Of a stretch of 64,000 nt of DNA, positions 1-13,268 are shown in pieces; position 1 is the first letter of the stretch, and each line of letters opens with the position of its first letter. Below the pieces are notes generated by a model, which saw only the letters and a list, made by a program, of their open reading frames with translations, did not search any database and was not told where the DNA came from. The position numbers and the translations under genes are program-made. The stretch is from Octopus sinensis (lineage: Eukaryota): the NCBI RefSeq assembly GCF_006345805.1, contig NC_043009.1:3162001-3226000 (forward strand). The letters are read 5' to 3'.

Positions 1-383
1 ATTTTCCACTAAGATACAGAGTATAAACGCCATATATTTCTTTTAGTTTTCCAACAGACTTGTCTTCTGCGAATTTGTTAAACTCCGTCGCAATACAATA
101 TGTTTCTCTGAGTTTATGGCGTATATTGTACATCCTTCTAGCTTGCGTTATTTGCAACCTACGTATGTATGTATTTGTATGAGTGAGACTGTGTATATGT
201 GCGATTGTGTATGTGTGAGATTGTGTATGTGTGCGTATTATAGAGCGTGCTTTGATGTTGTTCATCTTTCCGTGTAAATCTTGTAAATGTATAGATTAAT
301 GAAGATTGCGGTATGTGTGTGGGAGTGTTTCTAAGAACATCTATAAGTAATAAGATTTCTACTTACCCACAAATATTTATCTA

Positions 384-440
384 CACACACACACAAGCAC
401 ACACACACACACATACACACACACACACACACACCACACA

Positions 441-538
<98 letters not shown>
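384..538. repeat. Compound (CA)n(TA)n microsatellite, representative of dozens across the window
   Basis: Read directly from sequence; it produces the [12 protein letters not shown] pseudo-ORFs. Confidence 0.98.
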
Positions 539-857
539 GAAGATTACATTGACACTTTGCCACTTATATGGTTTATGGCCGAAACTTCTCTCGCTCATAC
601 AATACAACATATTCAATAATCTATCCATAAGAATATATATATAAGATGGGAGGGCAATATATTTATTTTAGAAAGTTACAAGTAAATAAATTTTACAAGT
701 CATATCTCTGTCTCTAAAAGTTGAATTTAATTCTTCACTGCTAATGTTTTGACTTTTCACCACGAAAGTTTCTTATACGTGTATACCAAATATTACCAAC
801 TGGAATTAACCTGATATTCTATTCTGTTACCAATTAATTTCACTTAGTAGGGTGACT

Positions 858-1231
858 TGGACTATGCCGTCGGGAACTTCGGTTCCTGGTAGGGTCACCC
901 AAGATGGATTGGTCTGGCACCGAGTGTTATTAGGGCCACAACCCGGCAGACGGGGTTCTGGTGAAAATGCTCGGAGTGTTTGTTTTGGCAACCGGCGGCT
1001 CCTCGGTCGTTCTGTCCCTGCGTCTGCGGACAATCTGCGGCAAACAGGTTGTTTCTAGATGCGGGATTGCTGGGGACCGCTTGTGAAATCCATATATTCC
1101 CACGAAACGTCTTCCCTGAATTCTCAATGGCGAATTCAATGGCGCAGCCATGGTTCGAGATGCCACGAGGGTGGTACAAGAAGCCGACTCAACCCGCCCA
1201 GGGTGAATGTCGCCACAAGTACAAGTAAGTA
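858..1231 (+). mobile_element. Short non-autonomous RTE-type LINE derivative with 12-bp TSD
   Basis: AGTAGGG(T/C)GACT at 846-857 and 1232-1243; RTE-like 5' motif CTATGCC..CCTGGTAGGGTCACCC; 3' end encodes MVRDATR and ends ACAAGTAAGTAAGTA. Confidence 0.7.
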
Positions 1232-2253
1232 AGTAGGGCGACTATAATATATTATTGGCTGGCGACACGTCTGCCCTATACTTTCATGTTGAAGTTTAAT
1301 GTTTACCTCTAAATTATTTGATACCACAATGTCAAGTACCGTAACTGTATACGTATTTAAGCTGAGCATATTTTCCGGCGTCCTCATACTTCTAACATGG
1401 TTTCTGGTCTTTCATACAAAATTGTTTCAAGTTGCCGTAAGTATAGAATTATGTCAAATTAGTAACTTTACATTTTTGATCTTAATCAGCTTTTCCACCA
1501 GGTAATATTGAAAATTATGATGAATGGGTCTACACTGTTCTTGCATCATTTCATGACGCACTTTCATCTTCGTATATGTTTATGATGTATTAAGAAACAA
1601 AAAAACCCCTCAAACATCAATAACACAGTACTTTTATTTATTGCATTTAGGAATTGTGTTACTACAAGACGTGCATCTAGATTTTTCGAATTGATTTGAT
1701 ATCAGTGTATGTATCGGATTCCCTAGGTTTCTTTCAGAAGTAGGAAGTGACTAAATAAATAGATATATTCATGTAATATGATACTTGCGATTGATTTGGA
1801 TACCAAATCATTGTGTGCGATAATTAGGATTTATTTTTTAATGACACGTTGTATGAGAGGAATTATAATTGTATAGATCGATCTCAGTTAGAATGCTAGA
1901 TTCTAAAATCACAATCCTTTAAAATATCATAGACCAATTCAGCCTTTCATTCGTAATTTGGATTCAATACATTTAACACTCGATTTCTAAGCAAATCTTA
2001 GTCCTTCTTTCCTGATATTGTTTACACATTCTGTAGCGATGGAGATCGATACATTCGATCTCATTCATATTCATGGATATTCGAAAACGTTAACCACACT
2101 GGAATTTGAATGTAAAACGAAAGAAATAGCAAAGCAATACTAATACTCCTTGTACTTTACTGGCCTCATTAAAAGCCAATATTAATTTAGTCTTAATTAT
2201 AAAATATGAATGCCAGTGGAGCACTCAGGTTTACCAACAATCTTATTGACATA

Positions 2254-2440
2254 GGTGCAGGAGTGGCTGTGTGGTAAGTAGCTCGCTTACAAACCACATG
2301 GTTCCGGGTTCAGTCCCACTGCGTGGCACCTTGGGCAACCCTCTTCTACTGTAGCCCCGGGCCGAGCAGAGCTTTGTAAGTGGATTTGGTAGACGGAAAC
2401 TGAAAGAAGTCCGTCGTATATATGTATATGTATATATATA

Positions 2441-2510
<70 letters not shown>

Positions 2511-2752
2511 AATATATATATATACATATGCGTGTGTTTCTTTGTGTGTCTCTGTGTTTGTCTCCCGAACATCGGTTGACAACCGATGCTGGTGTGTTTA
2601 CGTCTCCGTCACTTAGCCGTTCGGCAAAAGTTACCGATAGAATAAGTACTAGGCTTACAAAGAGTAAGTCCTGGGGTCGATTTGCTCGACTAAAAGCGGT
2701 GCTCCAGTATGGCCGCAGTCAAGTGACTGAAACAAGTAAAAGAATAAAAGAG
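2254..2752 (+). mobile_element. SINE family A (tRNA-like head, internal (TA)n(TG)n, CR1/L2-type tail)
   Basis: A-box TGGCTGTGTGG, B-box GGTTCAGTCCC; near-identical to about 10 other copies in the window. Confidence 0.9.
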
Positions 2753-3355
2753 TAAATATGAGAAGTAATGTTGTATAATTTAAAATAAAAAGAAACTGTT
2801 TAGGTATAAACAAAAACATTTATTGATTCGGTGATCTATGTTCATTTGGACATATGGTAGACGTATAAAATACCTAGTAACAACAAAATTTTACATTTTT
2901 ACTTGTTGCAGAGAAAACGTATTGCTGGCAATGGAATCCTCACCTCAGGTTATAATCCACCAAAATACGTATATAGTGTAAATGTGTGTTCCATAAAAAA
3001 ATTCAGAAGAAAATATATTTAGAAATAGTTATATGTTTTCGAGGCTGTTGGTTCCTTTCGTGTGTAGTCATCGTTTCTCACCGCCTGCGCGGGATCAATC
3101 TACAAGATTATTCAGTTAGTAGTTAGGGGTGAGACATTAGCTCGAAGGTGCTCTCGCGTGTGTGTAATACGTTCATCTCTACATATTGGTTTCTTTTTGA
3201 ATACGCGCTGAAATAGAATTTACAACTGTTATTCATTTAGGAATCAACAAAGTGTTCAGTGAATATAAACATAATGTAGAAACTTGAAACTATAGAACTT
3301 TGAGTATGTGATATCTAAAAAGAAGAAGGGTTGCACGTGGAAATATAATAACACT

Positions 3356-3567
3356 GCTTTCTACTAAAGGCACAAGGCCCGATATTTGTTGGAATGGGAC
3401 TAGTTAATTACATCGACCACAGTGTCTCATGGTACTTAATTTATCGGCCCTGAAAGAATGAAAGGCAACGTGTACCTCGGCGGAATTTGAGCTCAGAACG
3501 TGAGACTGGCGAAATGCCGCTAAGCATTTTGCCCGGTGTGCTAACGATTCTGCCACCTCGCTGCCTT
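3356..3567 (-). mobile_element. SINE family B
   Basis: Matches copies at 8466, 24200, 32000 and 46228; B-box GAGTTCAAATTCC; GCCTTTCATCCTTTCGGGGTCGATAAATTAAGTACC core. Confidence 0.85.
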
Positions 3568-4247
3568 ACATGGAAATATAATGATACATGGAAATATTAG
3601 GTTGAAAACATTGTTCGGATATAAAATTTCGAAGGCAAACATAGGACACGAACCCATGTCACCAGCAGATATGACAGGCATGCTACAATCAGACAAATTC
3701 AATTATGCTAATTTTGATGTCCATTTCTCAAACTTTAATCGTACCAACAAGAAATTTATGTTGTTGTCATCATAAGAATTTAAGACATACACACATACAA
3801 CACACATACACACACACACACATATACACACGCATACACACATTATCAGGTGTGAGTGAAAAAGACAAAAGCATAAATACAAAATGAAAAATAGCATAAG
3901 AAATAATGCATTGAAAGTTACTCATACAGGTACGAAGTTGGCTTAGATTGTACACTTAAGTTTCGATTTCTTCGCGTGTGAGTGGTTCAACCTCCGTATA
4001 TATATTTTTTTTACTACAGAATATGGTCACAAAATATTTTTCCCAAAGCGATAAAAAATGTCTCTGAATTTCACGTCTTCAAAGATTTCCCTGATAATAA
4101 TTGTATATATTTAATGATATTGCATTCCAAAATCCAGTAATTACCAAGCTCATTATTACAACAATTTCACTGTTCTTAAAATCTGACATCCATTAACAAA
4201 ATGACTTCTTAGAAACGTTCACTTTCTATTTTAAATATATCAGCCAA

Positions 4248-4283
<36 letters not shown>

Positions 4284-4656
4284 TTGAATATGGTCAAATT
4301 GAAAACACATTAAACGCATTTACACTTATTCTATATAGAATTTGATGTATTTAATCGTTCATGTTCCCAAATAATTGGATGTAATCTATGACATTTTCTT
4401 TCAGACTGTTGCAAGGAAATATGAAGTACTTGCCTAGTTTTTAACACAACTTCAAACAGCAGCCATCGAAACCGATGCTTCTTGTGAGTTCGCTAATTAC
4501 GGATCAAACAAAAGTGTCATCTTTTCATTTTCCTTCACTTACAGCTCAAATGTTGCGCCTGTGGTATTTGCACATTCCATTCTAAATCATATACATAAGT
4601 GCATAATTACATATACATATATACATACATACATATATGTATACACATATGTGTAT

Positions 4657-4698
<42 letters not shown>

Positions 4699-4881
4699 GG
4701 GAGTAAATCCAAACTTACAGGGAAAAATTAGATTTAGGATTTCACAGTATAAATATGGACGTAAATATATATTTTTCCTAATATTTGAGTGGTGGTAAAA
4801 AAGTTACCAATAGTTTCATGCAAGCCATTTGTACTGACATATATGCATACACACGTAAACACACACACACATACATATACA

Positions 4882-5385
4882 CCGTAAATCCATGAGTGTA
4901 ATCCGCATTTTTTTCCCAAAATTTAAAGGTCAAAATCCATACTTCGTACTATATACGAGGTTAAAAAATGAAAATCGGATTTTCTAAGCAATGTCCAAGT
5001 CTCTATTTACTGTCCGGCAATTTTTACTCAGACGCATCTTATGAAAATACCTTAAGCTAAACCTGGATGCAATGAAATCATAAAAGAATCACCCATAACT
5101 TGCAGTAAGCAACATTCATTAAACGTTATTACTGTTATTTCTTTATTTTCTGCAAACAAAATGCACGAAAAAGCTACACGTTTGCATTATGTTATATATA
5201 CAATAATAATAAAGGACGTTACTGTATACATTTTTACGAACCAAGGACGTTATATAGACCTCCTCGACTCAAGTTAGAGAAGAAGTGCGTATTATACACA
5301 AGGTTTAGGTTTTTCAGAAGTACAGCCCCCCTAAAAATCCCCTGCGTATTATACTCAAGGGCGAATTATACTCGAGGATTTACTG
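4882..5385. mobile_element. MITE, Tc1/mariner/pogo-like
   Basis: 25-bp imperfect TIRs CCGTAAATCCATGAGTGTAATCCGC / GCGAATTATACTCGAGGATTTACTG (5 mismatches); TA on the right flank; internal repeats of TTATAC(T/A)C(G/A)AGG. Confidence 0.75.
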
Positions 5386-5706
5386 TATGTGTCATTATTA
5401 AGTTTTAATTCAAGATTTCTTGCCAAGTGAGGTGTCCGTTTCTAACCTACATTCACGGCTCCTACATTGGAATTTACAAAACATCAACACGGTATTTTCG
5501 AATGTATGTATGTGTATGAGCAGATTTCTAAGTTTTGCATTACGTATGTGTGTATGCATAGCAGACAACTCATATGATCTTTGTCAATGACCGACAAAGA
5601 CAATACAATATCTTAGAATGACCGTTGATCTCTAGCTGGTGATCTGCATGGAGATTTTCAAAGATATCCCCAAAGTATCCCGGACGAGCCCCACTACAAT
5701 TTTTAA

Positions 5707-5909
5707 GGCGCAGGAGTGGCTGTGTGGTAAGTAGCTTGCTTACCAACCACATGGTTCCGTGTTCAGTCCCGCTGCGTGGCACCTTGGGCAAATGTCTTCT
5801 ACTATAGCCTCGGGCCGACATTGTGAGTGGATTTGGTAGGCGGAATCTGAGAGTTCCGTCGTATATATACGGCATTCACTGCAGGTAATATATATATATA
5901 TATATATAT

Positions 5910-5965
<56 letters not shown>

Positions 5966-6170
5966 TGTGTGTTTGCGTGTCTGTGTCTGTCCCCCCCAAC
6001 ATCGCTTGAAAACCAATGCTAGTGTGTTTCCGTCCCCCTAACTTAGCGGTTCGGAAAGAGAAACCAATAGAATAAGTACCAGGCTTACAAAGAATAAGTC
6101 ATGGGGTCAATTTGCTCGACTAAAGGCGGTGCACCAGCATTGCCAATGTAAATTGACTGAAACAAATAAG
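5707..6170 (+). mobile_element. SINE family A
   Basis: Full head, internal microsatellite and tail; homologous to 2254-2752. Confidence 0.9.
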
Positions 6171-6426
6171 TAAGGCATATATACCATACCCAATATGACG
6201 CTTGTTATACCTGATCACATTTAAAATTATAAAAAATTCAAATCATTAAAAAATACGATTGTTTATAGTAAATGTTTGCAGATCAAGCATTATATTTCAC
6301 GACGGCCCACATTCCTCTTAGTTCTTCCGTTTGAGCGGTGTTACAGGAGCTATATTGCCTCAAAATACCAAACGCCATATGTCTACCCATCACACAGTAG
6401 ATTTAAGCTTACTATATAACCGTCGT

Positions 6427-6735
6427 GGAAGCGCAATGGCCCAGTGGTTAGGGCAGCGGACTCTCCGTCGGAGGATCGCGGTTTCAATTCTCAGACCGGG
6501 CGTTGTATGTGTTTATTGAGCAAAAACATTTAGAGCTCCGCGAATCTCCGGCAGTGGGAGGGGGGCACCCCTGTTGTACTCTTTCGCTCAAACTTTCTCT
6601 CATTCTCACTTCCTGTTTCTTGAGCAACGCTGCGATAGACTGGTGTCCCGTCCAGCTCGGGGGAACACATACGCCACAGAAACCGCCTGGCTAGACTTGA
6701 AAAGGGCGCATAAATAATAAAATAAATAAATAAAT
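6427..6735 (+). mobile_element. SINE family C, tail type 1
   Basis: tRNA-like head GGCCCAGTGGTTAGGGCAGCGGACT..GGTTTCAATTC; tail GCGATAGACTGGTGTCCCGTCCAG; (TAAA)n end. Confidence 0.85.
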
Positions 6736-7067
6736 AAATAAATATAACCATCACACTTATTTATAAAACATCTTTGCTGTACAGCTTGATTCTACGACGT
6801 CGCTTTAATTCGACTTTGATCATCTTTGTTTTAATTCTAGCGAATCCTTCCCACAGACTCGTCTCGCCTTGGTTTAACCGTTTACCCGCTGACGCCCTAC
6901 CAAGGTTGTCATTGAAATAGGATACATGTTACATGGGATACATGTGATATGTTATACATGATTATTCATACACATGCAAAGATACAGACATATATGTGTG
7001 TGCGTTTCCATGGATGTATGTAGGTGCTTGTGTATGTAAATCAGTGCGACTGTGAGCGGTTATAAGC

Positions 7068-7123
<56 letters not shown>

Positions 7124-7130
7124 TATTATA

Positions 7131-7413
7131 CCACGTGATCACGTGACCGACCAGACCATCAGATGTTGTTAAACATCGCTGGTCACAATGCGTTCGCATT
7201 GTTTTAGCCTTCGAATGACGCCACCCCGCTGGCTAAGCGAGCAGGCCAACAGAAGAAAGAGTGGGTGAAAGGGTGGTGAAAGAGTACAGCTGGGATCCCC
7301 CCCACTGCCAGAGCCTCGTGTAGCTTTAAGGTGTTTTCGCTCAATAAACACACACAACGCCCGGTCTGGGAATCGAAACCGCGATCCTGCGACCGTGAGT
7401 CCGCTGCCCTAAC
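7131..7413 (-). mobile_element. SINE family C, tail type 2
   Basis: Same head and body as 6427; different tail ending GGTCGGTCACGTGATCACGTG, also seen at 34285-34405. Confidence 0.85.
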
Positions 7414-7690
7414 CTATATATATATATCTATATGTATATATTGTATATATATATATATATAATAGAAATATTTAAATTACTAAGTCTCTCTAAAAGAGAA
7501 CAACGGCAGCGTTTCCGGAAAATAATAGTTATCGCCATACTAATATGGCATTCTTATAAAAATAAGAATAAAGCTGTCCGCTTATTAGCTCCATGAGGCC
7601 ATCGCCTTAAGTTAGCTATTTGATACACAAACTGTATCCATAGAACCTTCGAACAAGGGAGGTCAGTCGCTCCACACTACTTGACCGGCA

Positions 7691-7732
7691 GCTACAGACG
7701 CGTTTCGGGGTATTGCCCCTTTTCAATGCAGC
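7691..7732 (-). ncRNA. Minimal type I hammerhead ribozyme (U3:A8 core)
   Basis: GCUGCA-UUGAAAA-GGGG caaua CCCC-GAAA-CGCG-UC^-UGUAGC: 6-bp stem I, 4-bp stem II, palindromic ACGCGU helix III. Confidence 0.85.
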
Positions 7733-8067
7733 GTAGCCAGACCAGTAGGTGTCGCTTCTGACAATCTCTGTTCGAAGGTTTTATTTACCTAGCTTCGGTG
7801 GAATACATCCACTTGTTTTCAATAATAGAAATATTAAAATTACTAAGTCTCTCTAAAAGAGAACAACGGCAGCGTTTCCGGAAAATAATAGTTATCGCCA
7901 TACTAATATGGCATTCTTATAAAAATAAGAATAAAGCTGTCCGCTTATTAGCCCCATGAGGCCATCGCCTTAATTTAGCTATTTGATACACAAACTGTAT
8001 CCATAGAACCTTCGAACAAGGGAGGTCAGTCGCTCTACACAGAAGCGACACCTACTGGTCTGGCTAC

Positions 8068-8109
8068 GCTGCATTGAAAAGGGGCAATACCCCGAAACGC
8101 GTCTGTAGC
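8068..8109 (+). ncRNA. Minimal type I hammerhead ribozyme, inverted copy
   Basis: Identical to 7691-7732 on the opposite strand; predicted cleavage after C8103. Confidence 0.85.
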
Positions 8110-8279
8110 TGCCGGTCAAGTAGTGTGGAGCGACTGACCTCCCTTGTTCGAAGGTTATATGGATACAGTTTGTGTATCAAATAGCTAACTTAAGGCGATG
8201 GCCTCATGGAGCTAATAAGCGGACAGCTTTATTCTTATTTTTATAAGAATGCCATATTAGTATGGCGATAACTATTATT

Positions 8280-8316
<37 letters not shown>

Positions 8317-8326
8317 GTAGATATTG

Positions 8327-8357
<31 letters not shown>

Positions 8358-8400
8358 GTATGTATGTATGTATGTATATATATATATATATATATGCATG

Positions 8401-8441
<41 letters not shown>

Positions 8442-8465
8442 CTATATCTATGTATCTATGTATGT

Positions 8466-8694
8466 GGCGGCGAATTGGCAGAGACGTTAGCGCGCCGGGC
8501 GAAATGGTTACCAGTATTTCGTCTGCCTTTACGTTCAGTGTTCAAATTCCGCCGTGACCAACTTTGCCTTTTATCCTTTCGGGGTCGATTAAATAATAGC
8601 CAGTTGCGTACTGGGATCTATGTAATCGACTTAATCCCTGTGTCTCTCCTTGTTTGTCCCTTTCTATGTTTAGCCCCCTGTGCGCAATAAAGAA

Positions 8695-8695
<1 letters not shown>
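8466..8695 (+). mobile_element. SINE family B
   Basis: GGCGGCGAATTGGCAGAGACGTTAGC head, GTTCAAATTCC B-box, AATAAAGAAA end. Confidence 0.88.
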
Positions 8696-8741
<46 letters not shown>

Positions 8742-8752
8742 CATATATATAG

Positions 8753-8785
<33 letters not shown>

Positions 8786-9498
8786 ATAGAGGTAGAAACA
8801 ATAGAATTAGATGCTCAGACATGAAAGAACTTCATTAAGAACCTCAGCCATATGTATGTCAACGCTCGGCCACAGAGGTACATATATATATATATATACA
8901 TATACATTTACTCAGTTCAGTCTATTATATGTTAAGCACATATACATACATGCCATATACGTCTCAGGATATGCATTTATATATACATGTGTGAACATGC
9001 GTGTGTGTTCATGTGTGTGTGTGTGTGTGTGTGTGTTCATGTGTGTGCTTATTTGTGCGTTCGCTTGTGTATGTACAAGTACAATCTGAAGGATCAACGC
9101 ATGATCTCACCCAAAGTATACGTTAGTGCCCTACTGCCTGTATTGAAAATCAATCATTTATTATTTGAAGTCAGATCATACTCGGTCTGACATTTTTTCA
9201 GTGGAACAATACAATAAAAAAATGCTTGATAAACATTGAGCTTGATATAGGCAGGTGACAAAAGGTTGTTTTCTGCGATTTCTTGCATACGATACATTTT
9301 ATTTCTGTCAGCAAATTTCACTTGCTTGGAATCAGGGGGATGAGAAACAAACCTGTTAATATTTCCCCCTCTTTAATATTCATATCCACACATTCCATGA
9401 ACTGCATACGTTAATTCAAATCGCATTCTTTCTTTCTGAGTTTTCCTTCTCTCCTTTTGTACTTTTCTTCAGATGTATCCATGCATCTGCGTGGCTGT

Positions 9499-9529
<31 letters not shown>

Positions 9530-9619
9530 AGATAATATATATACTATATATATATATATATCTATATATATATATATATATATATATAATACACACCCAT
9601 ATATATGTGCATATATATA

Positions 9620-9668
<49 letters not shown>

Positions 9669-9942
9669 CTGCTTGTATGTATGTATAGTGTGTGTATATA
9701 TATATGTATATATACGTATGAGTATAATATGCGCGCATATGTACTGAGAGGTTTTCAATGTATGTTCGTGCATGTTCTATACATTATTCCGATTCCTCAG
9801 CCTCGCATGTCTAACTGCATCTTATATTTTTGGATATTACGGTTACAAGATGAATATTTATTGCATACACTGTTCACTGTATCTAATATCATGCGAGTAT
9901 TAGCATGTTTCTTTTGGTTTATCTGTCAATCTGCTAGTGTAT

Positions 9943-9992
<50 letters not shown>

Positions 9993-10651
9993 GTACAACT
10001 AAATACACGCACATCAAGCACCCACGCACAACACACAAACACGTACAGACAGAGGCGCACGCACAATTTCCACACGTCACATAAACACAGAGACACGCAC
10101 ACATACAAACATACACGCGCACACACGCACATTGCTTGCATACAATTAAATCCCATGCACACACTATTTTCATATACATTTAATAAAATTCACAGTAAAA
10201 TAACACCTCCTTACACACTAATAAACATATATACACACTCACATATATATATACATACATACATACACACATATATATGGACATGTTGACATATATATAT
10301 ATATATAATATATATTTACATATTTATATGCATGTACATATATATGCGTGTATAAATATGTTATGTATATATACGCAAGTGTTGATATATAAATCCATGT
10401 ATATGTGCATATTTGCGTATATGTATATATATATATATATTATTTATATATTTATACATATGCATATTTTTGCACATACTGATGTATATGTGCGTATGCA
10501 TCTGTATGTGTGTGTGTGTGTGTGTGTGTATGTGTGTGTGAATGTGCGTGTATGGACATGTTTACACTACCAAACAAACATCATCCCGACATAACAGCAT
10601 TCGAACACACACATACACAAACACATATACGCACATATACACTTACAATTA

Positions 10652-10689
<38 letters not shown>

Positions 10690-11071
10690 CTCACACACAC
10701 ACACAAACATACGAGCACTCATAGAATCACACACAAGCACAGAACATATATAGTATTCTAATGATCTGTACGTTTACTAAAAGCTGATTATTGATCAGAA
10801 ATACGTTAAATTCCTGGCAGATGTCTCCATACTTTGGGGTCATTTATACAGTTATCGTTAAAGTTCCTGTAATATTTCCTTTCAGCAGTAAAGTAGGTGT
10901 GCAGCTGTTTCCATTCCGTTTATATAAACCATATTCCCCTCGATATCCTACAGTTTCTCGTTTAATAATTTTACTTTAATAGGTTTCGTCGCTTTTAAGA
11001 GAGTAGTGGTCCATATATCGAGAACACATGTGTATGCATATACACATATATATATAATATATATGTGTGTG

Positions 11072-11103
<32 letters not shown>

Positions 11104-11126
11104 AGCATATACATATACACACACAC

Positions 11127-11159
<33 letters not shown>

Positions 11160-11534
11160 CATATATATACATATATATACATGCATACAGTTTCACACGT
11201 ATATATGTATATGTGTGTGTATTTATATATACACATAGATAAATAAATATACGTTTATTTGAACGTATATATTTTCGTACATTTATAAAAATGATATAAA
11301 ATCATACGTTTTTAAATCGGTTCATACAGGTATATCCATATGTACGTATATACCTAACTACCCGCTTACATATATACATACTTGCATACATACATAGATA
11401 CATAGTGCGCATACATATGCCTGCATAAGTTATGCGTTGGCCTGTATTATGTAATTACAATATGCTATTGGGCTTATTAATATATATATATATATTATAC
11501 ATATATATATATATTTATCTATTATATATATATA

Positions 11535-11661
<127 letters not shown>

Positions 11662-11694
11662 ATATATATTATATATATATATATATGTATGTAG

Positions 11695-11980
11695 TGGAGG
11701 CACATGGCCTAGTGGTTAGTGCATCGGACTCGCGGTCGAGGGATTGCAGTTTCGAATCTCTGACCGGTCGATGTGTGCGTGTATGAGCGAAACGCCTAAG
11801 CCTCACGCGGCTCCGGAAGAAATTGATGGCAAACTTCTGCTGACTTTCGCCACTACTTTTTCTCACTCTTTCATCCTGCATCTTGCATCTCACCAGCGTC
11901 CCGTCCAGGTGGGGAACCTATACGCCAAAGAAACCGGGAAACCGGCCCTTATGAGTCAGACATGGCTCGAGAAGGAACAA
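11695..11980 (+). mobile_element. SINE family C-related, tail type 1 variant
   Basis: tRNA-like head TGGCCTAGTGGTTAG..GTTTCGAATC; CGTCCCGTCCAGG..GAAACCGGGAAACCGG tail. Confidence 0.8.
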
Positions 11981-13200
11981 ACTATATATATATATATATA
12001 TTGTTTGTTCCTTCTATGAACTAATTTCACATATAGATCAAACAACTTTGTCGATGATCGATTCCTCAACATGTAGGTATCAGTCAATCAAGCTGTAATA
12101 AAAATATTTCCTAATTTTATTAATAACTCTTTGTATCTGTATCAACGTCAAATACCTCCCTTCTTCACCAATTGAAAATAGCGAATATACGCAAGGCATA
12201 CATTTTATCTTACTGAAGCAAGTAGCAGTGGCATACTGATTTGATGATATCTTCATTGCAAAAAAAATTGTGACATTCTGCATATGCTACAGCTCTATGT
12301 AGTGTCATTCATAGTCCTTTTTTTTTTAATTGTATTTATGGCATTTTCTGTTTTATGTTAACATCTCCCTAGACGTCTGATTTCTCTGCTCATACTTTAA
12401 GGCGCAGTAAAATAGACAGAAATAAATAACAATACGTAGTCCTGTGCTCCACTTATAACTTATTCCCTCAAACTGCTTTATGTGTATACAAGACAAATTT
12501 AGAAAAATCCTTGTCCACACGCCATGCGTCTTTTACTCAGGTGGCCAACATTATATTGTGTACCGCTAGACACGCCAGCGTATTCGACTTGATCCAGTTT
12601 TAATAAAATATACACCTTTCAACTCTATGGTTGATTAAATCAACTATCCACTTTATCAAGAATTAAAAACCGTCTGTATTTAAGCATTCGATTTCTCTCG
12701 ATTTGTATATATCTTACATAGTTTGAGGTGTTTTCATGATATCACGGGAATTTGTTTGGTCATACGATTAGAAATATTACAATCGTTCTAGATATTAAAA
12801 TAGGATATGCAGGCTGAATTTTTAGATCGTCAAATCCTGCTGCAGTGTCATAATAGGGCCGATGGTATTGTCTAATCGCCACTTAAATTTTGTGCTAGAG
12901 GACAAATATACATATCACGGGATATTCGTTCTTATAATAAGATAAAGCATAAAGGAAGGCTTCTCGCATAAACATTCTCAGTAGCACTACGTATTTGTGT
13001 ACCTACGTGAGTGTGCTTGTGTGTGTGTAAGTTCTAGTATATTTGATAATTAAGGGACTGTATGTCGCTACACCAAGTTACTGTTGCTTCTGTCGCCTTG
13101 AACGATATTGCTAGAATGATCTCACGAACGAAAAGTTCGAGCGCATCTCTATCGTTTTGAATTTAGTTAGGAATTGTTGTGAATTTAAAAGAATTGATTA

Positions 13201-13268
13201 CGTTTCTGCTACCCTTTCGTATTTCTGCTACTCTTTCGCGTTTCTGCTACCCTTTCGTGTTTCTGCTA
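13201..13268. repeat. 19-bp minisatellite, about 3.5 copies
   Basis: Unit CGTTTCTGCTACCCTTTCG with variants. Confidence 0.9.

Larger units (their letters stand above)
7461..8280 (-). mobile_element. Hammerhead-bearing retrozyme/Penelope-pLTR-like element 1
   Basis: 363-bp unit (7461-7823) repeated to 8039, then an inverted copy 8040-8280 of ~7521-7760; no ORF; flanked by (TA)n. Confidence 0.85.

Noticed and set aside
2911-4483. Plus-strand AG..GT bounded segments (~2911-2948, 4405-4483)
   Set aside because: The second has stops in all three frames and neither links to an ORF; UTR or lncRNA exons cannot be supported from sequence alone
13201-13268. CRISPR-like array (also 62780-62855)
   Set aside because: Head-to-tail minisatellites without spacers, in eukaryotic DNA
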